This document shows positions 25,521 to 33,521 of a stretch of DNA of 64,000 nucleotides, piece after piece. The notes under the pieces were generated by a model. It was not told the origin of the DNA. It saw nothing but the letters and a program-made list of their open reading frames with translations, and did no database searches. Position 1 is the stretch's first letter; each line of letters begins with the position of its first letter. The DNA lies in NCBI GenBank assembly GCA_963710875.1, contig CAVQBW010000005.1, positions 272,577 through 336,576 on the forward strand, in the 5' to 3' direction. The stretch comes from an uncultured Acidobacteriaceae bacterium (GTDB lineage Bacteria > Acidobacteriota > Terriglobia > Terriglobales > Acidobacteriaceae). The position numbers and the translations under genes are program-made.

Positions 25521-26405
25521 TCAATTCATCACGACCACAGGCTGAAAGAGTGTCCCGGCCACTCGCTTCGCAATCCCGGCCAGCTCTCGCTGGCCGGCAA
25601 AGACCTTGACCAGGGTCGCCCCCGAGAACTCCGGAAGGTTGGCCTGAGCGCCGTTGCGCAGCCGCCCCAGGCTCTCTGCGTCGCCGGTCACCGAAGGCAT
25701 CCCGGACAGCAGTGTGCGCGGATGCACGCAAATCGCTTCGAGCGCCTCCTCGTTTTCGGCCAGCGATTGCAACTCGTCCAACGTGTGCGCCTCGGCCAGC
25801 GTGAAGACTCCGGCTTGCGTGCGCCGCAGACTGCTCAAGTGCGCCCCGCAACCCAGCTCCTGACCCAGTTCGTGCGCCACGGAACGCACATACCCCCCGG
25901 CGCTGACCGTCATCGCAAAAGCAGCCTCGGCGCCGTCGAGCGCGACAATCTCGAAGGCGGCAATCTGAATCGTGACCGGCTTCAGATCCACGGGCTTGCC
26001 TTGTCGGGCCAGCTTGTAAGCGGGCGTTCCGGCGATCTTCTTCGCCGAAAAGGCCGGCGGCATCTGTTCGATCTCGCCGTGGAAGCGGCTGGCCGCCGAG
26101 CGGATTCTCTCTAAAGACAATGTTCCCTGCGGCCAGCAGTCCGGTCCTGCAGGCTGGCCTTCGGCGTCATAGGTGTCCGTCGCAAAGCCGAAGCGAATCG
26201 TGCCGCTATAGCTCTTTTCCGCCTCGCTGAAGTACTGCGCAAGGCGCGTAAACTTGCCCAGCAGCAGCGGCAAAACGCCGGTGGCCATGGGGTCCAGCGT
26301 GCCTAAGTGTCCAATGGATCGCTCCCCGGTGATCTTGCGCAGCCGGTTCACCACATCGTGGCTGGTCATGCCGGCTGGTTTGTCGATGACAAGAAGTCCG
26401 TTCAC
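25521..26405 (-). CDS. truB: tRNA pseudouridine(55) synthase
   Basis: DKPAGMTSHDVV, GHLGTLDPMATGVL, PPAFSAKK and GGYVRS motifs. Confidence 0.96.
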   Translation of the reverse strand: MNGLLVIDKPAGMTSHDVVNRLRKITGERSIGHLGTLDPMATGVLPLLLGKFTRLAQYFSEAEKSYSGTIRFGFATDTYDAEGQPAGPDCWPQGTLSLERIRSAASRFHGEIEQMPPAFSAKKIAGTPAYKLARQGKPVDLKPVTIQIAAFEIVALDGAEAAFAMTVSAGGYVRSVAHELGQELGCGAHLSSLRRTQAGVFTLAEAHTLDELQSLAENEEALEAICVHPRTLLSGMPSVTGDAESLGRLRNGAQANLPEFSGATLVKVFAGQRELAGIAKRVAGTLFQPVVVMN

Positions 26406-26442
26406 CTAATCACTGTAGCTGACCGGCCCCTCACTCGGACCG

Positions 26443-27081
26443 TCAGCCTTCACTGCCGGTCTGGCGCACCAGCGAGAGGAACTCCAGGCGCGTCTCTTTC
26501 TGGCGGAAGCAGCCCACCATCGCGCTGGTCACAGTGGACGAATGCTGCTTCTCGATGCCGCGCATCATCATGCACAGGTGGCGGGCCTCGACAACCACGC
26601 CCACGCCCTGCGGCTGGATGGCGTGCTGAATGGCGTCGGCGATCTGCCGCGTGAGCCGCTCCTGCACCTGCAAGCGACGCGCAAAGACCTCGACCAGGCG
26701 TGGAATCTTGCTGAGGCCGATGACCTTGCCCTTGGGAATATAGGCCACATGCACCTTGCCGAAGAACGGCAGCATGTGATGCTCGCAGAGCGAGAACATC
26801 TCGATATCCTTGACGATGACCATCTCGTCGTAGTCCTCGTCGAAGAGCGCCCCTCGCAGGATCATCGTCGGGTCTTCGTTGTAGCCCTTGGTCAGATGGG
26901 CCAGCGATTTCTCAACGCGGCTCGGCGTGGCCAGCAATCCCTGACGGCTGGGGTTTTCGCCCAACCGGCTCAGAATCTCGCGGACCATCTCCTCGAAGCT
27001 GAATTCGCTGAGGCCTTCGCCCATGCTTTCCAGCCTTGATACGGGTTTGCCCATTGCCATAGGCTGCGCCATGATCTTCAT
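26443..27081 (-). CDS. folE: GTP cyclohydrolase I
   Basis: [25 protein letters not shown] and HLCMMMRG motifs. Confidence 0.97.
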   Translation of the reverse strand: MKIMAQPMAMGKPVSRLESMGEGLSEFSFEEMVREILSRLGENPSRQGLLATPSRVEKSLAHLTKGYNEDPTMILRGALFDEDYDEMVIVKDIEMFSLCEHHMLPFFGKVHVAYIPKGKVIGLSKIPRLVEVFARRLQVQERLTRQIADAIQHAIQPQGVGVVVEARHLCMMMRGIEKQHSSTVTSAMVGCFRQKETRLEFLSLVRQTGSEG

Positions 27082-27108
27082 CCTTTCGTACTGGGGAATA
27101 ATGCGTCG

Positions 27109-27516
27109 TTACTCGCCATGACACTCAAAGAAATTATTTTCGGTCTCTTCCACGCGCACATGCGCGAGTTCGCCGCCGGACAGCGCATCCTTCAACAACC
27201 CGAAGACTGCTCTGCAAAGATTCTCCGTCGTCGGCACCCGATTCACAAAGAGGGGATCGAGATTGAGGTTGGTGTGATCAAAACGGCCGATCACTTTTGT
27301 TCGTACAGTCTCATCCAGCGCAACCATGTCGACCACCATACCAGTCTCCGGATCGACCGTTCCGCCGACCAGCACCTCCACAATGTAGTTGTGCCCGTGG
27401 CCGCGGGGATTGTTGCATTTGCCGTAGGTTGTGCGGTTCTCTTCGTCCGAGAGCGCCTCGGTGTGCAGGCGGTGGCTGGCGGAGATCAAGTAGCGGCGTC
27501 CGAAGCTGGCTCTCAT
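27109..27516 (-). CDS. 6-pyruvoyl-tetrahydropterin synthase family protein, PTPS-II-type motif (copy B)
   Basis: GKCNNPRGHGHNY (Cx5HGH), FDH, PTTENL and C-terminal ETE. Confidence 0.9.
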   Translation of the reverse strand: MRASFGRRYLISASHRLHTEALSDEENRTTYGKCNNPRGHGHNYIVEVLVGGTVDPETGMVVDMVALDETVRTKVIGRFDHTNLNLDPLFVNRVPTTENLCRAVFGLLKDALSGGELAHVRVEETENNFFECHGE

Positions 27517-27974
27517 CGCTGACCTCGGTCGTCCACCCCACGAACGAAGACCTGTTCGTGGGGACCCCGGAATTCGGCGAAGATCTCCGGCGTCTCATAG
27601 ACGCGAATCCGGCTCAACTGCGCTCCGCCGGCGGCTGTCACTGCCGATTCCATGCGATTCCAGGCTGCGATGGCGAGATTCTCCGTGGTCGGAATCGCCG
27701 CGGCAAACTCGGGAACATCGAGATTCAGATTGCGATGGTCCCAGGCGTCGAGCACCTCTCGCTCCATCGCAGCCTTCAGCCACTTCAGATCGACGACGAA
27801 GCCGGTGACCGGGTCCGCTTCGCCAGCCACCGTGACCTCCAGCGTGTAGTTGTGCCCGTGTCCGTTGCGATTGGCGCAGCGGCCGAAGACCTGTTGATTC
27901 TTCTCCTCGGTCCACGCCGGGTTCCAATAGTAGTGCGAGGCTGAGAAGGTGGCCCGCCGCGTCAGGAAAATCAT
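27513..27974 (-). CDS. 6-pyruvoyl-tetrahydropterin synthase family protein, PTPS-II-type motif (copy A); C-terminus extended by a palindromic repeat
   Basis: GRCANRNGHGHNY (Cx5HGH), WDH, PTTENL and YET; start MIFLTRR with a GGGAGA RBS. Confidence 0.9.
   Translation of the reverse strand: MIFLTRRATFSASHYYWNPAWTEEKNQQVFGRCANRNGHGHNYTLEVTVAGEADPVTGFVVDLKWLKAAMEREVLDAWDHRNLNLDVPEFAAAIPTTENLAIAAWNRMESAVTAAGGAQLSRIRVYETPEIFAEFRGPHEQVFVRGVDDRGQR
27527..27568 (-). repeat. REP-like palindrome inside the 3' end of PTPS copy A
   Basis: Minus strand GGGGTCCCCACGAAC-AGGTCTTC-GTTCGTGGGGTGGACGACC; perfect 10-bp stem 27536-27545/27554-27563. Confidence 0.75.
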
Positions 27975-28026
27975 CTTTCTCCCTCGATGATTGGATGCTT
28001 CAGTCTCGGTCAAGGCTTCATGGGTT

Positions 28027-28152
28027 GAGCTTCTAACTGCCAGCTTCCAGCCTCTAGCTCTTAGAAGCCGCGTAAATCACCATTCACAACGCCCGAACCT
28101 GCGGTAACGACCACAAACCAGCTAAAAGCTGGAAGCTAGAAACTAAAAGCTG
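28027..28152. repeat. Inverted heptamer arrays (YAGCTTC)n ... (GAAGCTR)n
   Basis: Left 28027-28061 gagcttc taactgc cagcttc cagcctc tagctct; right 28119-28152 cagcta aaagctg gaagcta gaaacta aaagctg. Confidence 0.8.
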
Positions 28153-28155
28153 TTT

Positions 28156-29334
28156 TTACGCCGCGTAGCTCCTGCCCTTCCAGCTTACCCGCTTCAGAAT
28201 GTGAACTTCGTACCAACTGCTGACGAGCAACATCACAAACAACGGCAGACCCAGCGGCGCCAGTGCGCAATCGAGAAAAGGAAAGTTCGACTTGGCTACG
28301 CGGCCATAGAAGCGGAAGAGATTGCGCGCCCACAGCAGCGCCAAAACCCAGCCCGCAGCCAGCCATTGCAGGGAGTGCGCCGCAAAGTGTGCGTTCCACA
28401 GCCAGACAGCGAGCACCGGCAACAGGACCAGAAGCGCAATGTCGAGCACGCGCCACAAAGCCAGTGCCAGGGAGTTCGAGAACAGCAGCGCCAAATTCTT
28501 GCTCCAGCCCTCGATCATCGCCGCCGTCGAGCGGTACATGCGCGTCGAAAGCGCGTCCGGCGCATAGCGGAATTGGAGACCGATCTTGCGCCGTTTGGCC
28601 AGGAAGGCCAGCTCCACGTCTTCCAGCACCTTATCCGCGACCGAAGGGTGCCCTCCGATGCGGCGATAGGCCTCTCGCGCAACCAGAATGAATTGCCCGT
28701 TGGCCGCGGCGATGCGCTGATTGGGGTCGGAGACTTTCGCAGACGGATAGGCCATGGACAGTTCGCTGAAGACCAGCGGCATCAGCGAGCGCTGCAAAAG
28801 CCCTTGAACAATCTGCCGCGGCGAGTAGCTCAACATGCCGGCCCGGTGTTTGACAGCCTCATGCATCGCGCGGTGCAGGTTGCCCGGTTCGTGAATCGTA
28901 TCCGCGTCGGTGAAGAGCAGCCAGCGCCCGCGCGCTCGCCTTGCAGCCGTCCAGACAGCGTTGTTCTTGCCCACCCAGCCAGGCTCCAGCTTGTCCGCCT
29001 TGATCACGGTGACCCCGGCAAAGCCACGGGCAATCTCTGCCGTCCGGTCAGAGGAGTCGTCGTCCACTACGATCAGCTCCCAGTCCCGGCCCAGCATAAA
29101 AAACTCGTCTGCCTGGCTGACCAGCGATTGCAGGCACTCGGCTAGACAGTCTTCCTCGTTGCGCGCGGGCACGATGACGGTCAGCTCGATCAGCTCCTCC
29201 GGCTCGGGCTGCGCATAGACCGTTCCCGGAACCGCTTCCCACGTCAATGGCAGCGCAGCCGGCGCATCGGAAAGCCCAAGCACCGGCTTGAAGCCGGCCT
29301 TCCCAACTGCTCCGATCCCCAGATTCTTCTCCAT
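28156..29334 (-). CDS. Family 2 glycosyltransferase (HpnB/CrtQ/CruC-like, lipid acceptor likely)
   Basis: VIVPARNEE, VVDDDSSD, GWVGKNNA, FTDAD, ANGQF and EDVEL motifs; C-terminal TM helices. Confidence 0.88.
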   Translation of the reverse strand: MEKNLGIGAVGKAGFKPVLGLSDAPAALPLTWEAVPGTVYAQPEPEELIELTVIVPARNEEDCLAECLQSLVSQADEFFMLGRDWELIVVDDDSSDRTAEIARGFAGVTVIKADKLEPGWVGKNNAVWTAARRARGRWLLFTDADTIHEPGNLHRAMHEAVKHRAGMLSYSPRQIVQGLLQRSLMPLVFSELSMAYPSAKVSDPNQRIAAANGQFILVAREAYRRIGGHPSVADKVLEDVELAFLAKRRKIGLQFRYAPDALSTRMYRSTAAMIEGWSKNLALLFSNSLALALWRVLDIALLVLLPVLAVWLWNAHFAAHSLQWLAAGWVLALLWARNLFRFYGRVAKSNFPFLDCALAPLGLPLFVMLLVSSWYEVHILKRVSWKGRSYAA

Positions 29335-29382
29335 CCGTCCTCAGCCTTTCCCAGGAACCCTTTTGCTCCGTATTATAGGGAT

Positions 29383-29874
29383 GTGCGGCTCCATCGGTTC
29401 CTTTCTCCCGGTTTGCTTCTGCTGTTGGCGCTTGCGCCTGGCTGCGACCGGGGCGCGCATCCGGCCCAGACGGACAAGCCAGCTCCTGACTTCACCGTCT
29501 CCGACGGCGCCACGACGGTCCATCTTGCCAGCTACCGGGGCCGCGTGGTGCTGCTCAACTTCTGGGCCACATGGTGTCCGCCCTGCATCGAGGAGATGCC
29601 GTCGCTGATCGAGCTTCACCACGAGCTGCCTAATCTTGCCGTTGTGGCCGTCAGCGTCAACGAAGACTCGGACGCATACAGCCGCTTTCTCGCCCGCCGC
29701 CACGTGGATCTGATCACGGTCCGCGACCCCACTGAGAAGGCCGCCCGGCTCTACCACTCCGCGGCGTGGCCCGAGACCTACGTCATCGACCGCAAGGGGA
29801 TCATCCGGCGCAAGTTCGTCGGCCCCCAGGACTGGACCAGCCCCGAGATCCGCGACTACCTGAATGGCCTGTAG
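29383..29874 (+). CDS. TlpA/ResA-like thiol-disulfide reductase lipoprotein
   Basis: LNFWATWCPPC, PETYVID and a lipobox-like LAPGC. Confidence 0.92.
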   Translation: MRLHRFLSPGLLLLLALAPGCDRGAHPAQTDKPAPDFTVSDGATTVHLASYRGRVVLLNFWATWCPPCIEEMPSLIELHHELPNLAVVAVSVNEDSDAYSRFLARRHVDLITVRDPTEKAARLYHSAAWPETYVIDRKGIIRRKFVGPQDWTSPEIRDYLNGL

Positions 29875-29894
29875 TTTCTTGTTATGATTCCTGT

Positions 29895-30158
29895 ATGACT
29901 TCAGTGGAGATCCTCTATCGCTATGCCACGCCGCCTACCGAAGCGGTAACCTTTGCGCTGGCCGATGCCCGCGAGGTTTACGGCATTCACCGGCTCAAGT
30001 TTGATCGCGCCGCCCGCACACTCTCTGTCGAATATGACGCCACGCGGCTCAACGCGGCCGCCGTCAGCAAGCTGGTGCGCCAGGCGGGACTGGAGATCGA
30101 AGCCGAGCTGCCGTTGATCCTGCCCCAACCGGCTCTGGAACCGGCGCCCGCGGCATGA
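29895..30158 (+). CDS. Small hypothetical protein, possibly a ferredoxin-like/HMA-like fold without CxxC
   Basis: 87-aa ORF with typical codon usage; extended -10 TGTTATGAT 6 nt before the ATG. Confidence 0.65.
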   Translation: MTSVEILYRYATPPTEAVTFALADAREVYGIHRLKFDRAARTLSVEYDATRLNAAAVSKLVRQAGLEIEAELPLILPQPALEPAPAA

Positions 30159-30235
30159 GACGATGCCGGGGTCTGATTGCGCGGCTCCAGCAACCCTGAT
30201 ATTCTGTCTATGGTTTCGCCGGAAACCAGCCGTGT

Positions 30236-30312
30236 GCGCCCGTAGCTCAGCTGGATAGAGCGACTGGCTACGAACCAGTAGGTCGGGAGTTCGACTCTCT
30301 CCGGGCGCACCA
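30236..30312 (+). tRNA. tRNA-Arg(ACG)
   Basis: GCGCCCG...CGGGCGC-A-CCA acceptor stem; anticodon loop CTACGAA; GGAGTTCGACTCTC T-arm; 77 nt. Confidence 0.96.
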
Positions 30313-30379
30313 TTAAATATAAGAAAATAAATACAGATACTCGTTTACAAGAAACAGCTCTTCCCGATCGATCATTTCA

Positions 30380-30398
30380 TGTCAACACTCTGTCAACA
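30380..30398 (+). repeat. TGTCAACA direct repeat with an 11-bp period
   Basis: tgtcaaca ctc tgtcaaca in the AT-rich tract 70 nt downstream of tRNA-Arg. Confidence 0.55.
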
Positions 30399-30570
30399 GC
30401 TTGTGGCAAAGATCTTCTGCCCCGCTTCATGCGGGGACAATGCGCTTCGACGAAGAATTCGGCGAGGTTTTGCGCTTCATCGGAGCGTTAGGCAACCGGG
30501 GGAAGTGTTGCAGTCTTCGGTTAGCCGGTCATCCGGCCGGAACTCCGGAATTTCCTTGCGAGACGGCCGA

Positions 30571-30891
30571 TTAACGCCTCGGAGGTTTTGCGCTTACTGA
30601 GAATGCGTCGGCCCAGCTCCAAGGTAGAAAGTTCCTGCCGGACCTCACGAATGCCTCCGAATTCAGAATGATCTCTCGGTAGTAGACACTAGAAAGCATG
30701 CCCTTGGTGTGCTCGCTTGCGACCATTCTCTGCTGACCTATCTGCACATTCGGTAAGTAATCCTGCAAAAGAGCGCCTGACGATCAATCGGCCTCTTCAT
30801 CGGCTCCATGGACGATCCTATAATTACTGCTGTCGACTAGGTCTATGAAGCTCGAATCGAGTTTCGCGAAGAGATCCTGAACCTCCAACAT
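30571..30891 (-). pseudogene. AT-rich gene remnant with an internal TGA
   Basis: ATG 30891 with a GAGG RBS, in-frame TGA at 30786-30784, then the same frame continues to TAA 30573-30571. Confidence 0.45.
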
Positions 30892-30968
30892 GCGTTAGGC
30901 CTACCTCATGAAGGCGATCATACGTCCTCGTTCAAAAAGACTCCAATTCTGCTACATTATGAAGCATT

Positions 30969-31967
30969 GTGAATTATAGTGAATCCATTGTGTCAAACCA
31001 TTTAAGTAAGACTTCCCACCAGCCCAATCTGGCTCTGATCGAGTCGATTGTCCAACGCGCGTTCCTGGAGTGCGCCGGCCAAAGCGCACTTCAGCCGGCG
31101 GAGAGCGGCGATCCGCATGAACTTTTCCATTCCGCTGCCGTGCTGGCGATCAAGAAAGAGATCGTGCGCATGGGCAGGAAGCTGTGGAAGCGGCAGTATG
31201 TCGACGGCAACGGGGGAAACATCTCGGCGCGCGTCTCGGACGAGTACGTCGTCTGCTCTCCGACTCTGCTGAGCAAAGGCGACCTGAAGGTGGAGGATCT
31301 CGCGCTGGTCGATCTCGACAACCGGCGCATCTGCGGGCATCGTTCCCATACCAGCGAGTTGCTGCTGCACCTGGAGATCTATAAGACCGTTCCGCAGGCC
31401 AAGGCGATCATTCACTGTCATCCGCCGTATGCCACGGCACATGCGATCGCCGGAGTCGTTCCGAAGGGCAATCTGGTGCCCGAGCAGGAGGTTTTTATCG
31501 GTCCAGTGGCCCTCTCGCCGTATGAGACGCCAGGCACGCCCGAGTTCGCTCGCACTGTTCGTCCGTTGGCCAAGAACCACAACACCATCCTTCTGGCGAA
31601 TCATGGAGTGGTCTGCTGGGCGGATACGGTAACCCACGCGGAGTGGTACGTCGAGATCGTCGATACCTACTGCAAGACCATTCTGATCGCCTCACAACTT
31701 CAGCCGGAACTCAAGGAGATCTCTCCCGGCAAGATCGCCGACCTGGTGGCAATGAAGCAGAGACTTGGAATGAGCCTGCCGGACCTGCGGTATGCAAGAG
31801 CTAAGGCGGCGGAGCCGGAGAAGTTGGAAGCCGCCATCGATGCCTGCGCCGGTGCCGCCACTCCGGCGCAATTACCCTTGAGCGGAGGCCTGGACGCGGC
31901 CGAAATCGATCAATTGGTCCGCCATCTTTCGTTAGAGATTGCGGCCTTCCTTGAAAAAAAGAGATGA
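30969..31967 (+). CDS. Class II aldolase/adducin family (fuculose/rhamnulose-1-phosphate aldolase-like)
   Basis: GNGGNIS, TSELLLH, IHCHPPYA and LANHG Zn-binding motifs; start uncertain. Confidence 0.9.
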   Translation: MNYSESIVSNHLSKTSHQPNLALIESIVQRAFLECAGQSALQPAESGDPHELFHSAAVLAIKKEIVRMGRKLWKRQYVDGNGGNISARVSDEYVVCSPTLLSKGDLKVEDLALVDLDNRRICGHRSHTSELLLHLEIYKTVPQAKAIIHCHPPYATAHAIAGVVPKGNLVPEQEVFIGPVALSPYETPGTPEFARTVRPLAKNHNTILLANHGVVCWADTVTHAEWYVEIVDTYCKTILIASQLQPELKEISPGKIADLVAMKQRLGMSLPDLRYARAKAAEPEKLEAAIDACAGAATPAQLPLSGGLDAAEIDQLVRHLSLEIAAFLEKKR

Positions 31968-33466
31968 CGCAGACCGCCAATTTCATTGCCGCCGATCTTG
32001 GGGCATCCAGCGGACGGATCATGCTCAGCCGATGGAATGGCAAGGTGTTTTCTTTGCAGGAGTTGCATCGTTTCTCCAATGGTGGGGTGCGGGCGGGCGA
32101 CGGACTTTATTGGGACATTTTGAGTATCTTGTCGCAGATCAAGGCAGGATTGACGAAATACCATGGCCTATGCGCGCAGCCGCCACAGGGCATTGCCGTG
32201 GACGCATGGGGCGTGGACTTCGGTCTGTTGGATAGTGCCGGACATCTGATCGGAAATCCCCGGCACTATCGCGACCCCAGAACCGCCGGCATCCCGAACC
32301 TTGCATTCGAGGTCGTTCCGGAGAGGAAGTGGTTCACGGAGACCGGTGTCCAGACGATGCCGATCAATACGCTGTTTCAGCTTTTCAGCATGGTTCGCGC
32401 CCATGATCCTGCCCTTGTCTCGGCTGAGATGCTGCTGACGATTCCCGACCTGTGCGCGTATTTCCTCTGCGGCGAAAAAACCGTGGAGTGGACCGAGGCA
32501 GCCACAACGCAGATGTATTCGACTAAGCGAAAGGATTGGGCTCGCGGGCTGTTGAACGCCTTGGGTGTGCCGGTTTCCATCCTGCCGGCGGTGACGCGGC
32601 CGGGAACCGTCTTGTCGCTGGTGCGCGCAGACGTGGTCGAGGAGTGCGGCTTCACCAAGACGTTTCCGGCGATTGCGGTGGGCTCGCACGATACGGCAAG
32701 CGCCGTGGCGGCTATCCCCAATATGGATGAGGAAAGTGTCTTCTTGTCCAGCGGCACCTGGAGCCTGATGGGCGTCGAGGCGGCGGAGCCGGATACCTCT
32801 GAGGAGGCGATGCGCCTGGGCTTTACCAATGAAGGCGGCGCGGACGGAGCGGTGTTGCTGCTCAAGAACATCACCGGGCTGTGGATCGTGCAGGAGTGCA
32901 TGCGGCAGTGGGCAAGCGAAGGCCGCAAAATCGAGTGGAACGAGTTGGCGTCGGCTGCTGGGGCAGCAAAGGCCTTTCAATGCTTCATCGATCCCGATGC
33001 GCCCGGCTTTCAGGCGCATTGCGATATGCCGCGCGCGATTCACCAATACTGCGCGGCGAGCGGGCAAGCGGTGCCGGAGTCGGCGGGCGAGATCGCGCGT
33101 TGCGCATTTGAGAGCCTCAGTATGAAATACCGCTCGGTACTTGAGTCGCTGCGAATGCTGACAAGGCGCGGCCTGGGCACGATCCGCGTGGTTGGCGGTG
33201 GAGGCCTGAACGCGGTATTGTGCCAGATGACGGCAGATGCGTGCGGCTGCCAGGTGGTGAGCGGCCCAGCCGAGGCGTCGGCCCTGGGCAATGCGATGCT
33301 GCAGGCGGTGGCGACCGGGCATTTGGCCGATGTGCGCTCGGGACGCGCTGCCCTTGCGGAATCGGGGCAATGTTCTGTTTTCGATCCCCATCGATCCGAT
33401 CGATGGGAAGAGGCGTATGCGCGCTTCCGCGCGCTGGAAGCGAATGGAATCAACCGTGCCGCGTAG
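31964..33466 (+). CDS. Rhamnulokinase/fuculokinase (FGGY family, RhaB-like)
   Basis: AADLGASSGR, DAWGVDFGL, YRDPRT, HDTASAV, SSGTWSLMG and NITGLW motifs. Confidence 0.92.
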   Translation: MTQTANFIAADLGASSGRIMLSRWNGKVFSLQELHRFSNGGVRAGDGLYWDILSILSQIKAGLTKYHGLCAQPPQGIAVDAWGVDFGLLDSAGHLIGNPRHYRDPRTAGIPNLAFEVVPERKWFTETGVQTMPINTLFQLFSMVRAHDPALVSAEMLLTIPDLCAYFLCGEKTVEWTEAATTQMYSTKRKDWARGLLNALGVPVSILPAVTRPGTVLSLVRADVVEECGFTKTFPAIAVGSHDTASAVAAIPNMDEESVFLSSGTWSLMGVEAAEPDTSEEAMRLGFTNEGGADGAVLLLKNITGLWIVQECMRQWASEGRKIEWNELASAAGAAKAFQCFIDPDAPGFQAHCDMPRAIHQYCAASGQAVPESAGEIARCAFESLSMKYRSVLESLRMLTRRGLGTIRVVGGGGLNAVLCQMTADACGCQVVSGPAEASALGNAMLQAVATGHLADVRSGRAALAESGQCSVFDPHRSDRWEEAYARFRALEANGINRAA

Positions 33467-33521
33467 AAAATAAGGTGTGCCGGCCGTGCGGAAGCTGGAG
33501 AGTTTGTGAAGGAGACAGTTC

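Noticed and set aside
30784-30786. Selenocysteine read-through of the in-frame TGA
   Set aside because: No redox motif context or recognisable SECIS hairpin; a nonsense mutation is simpler.
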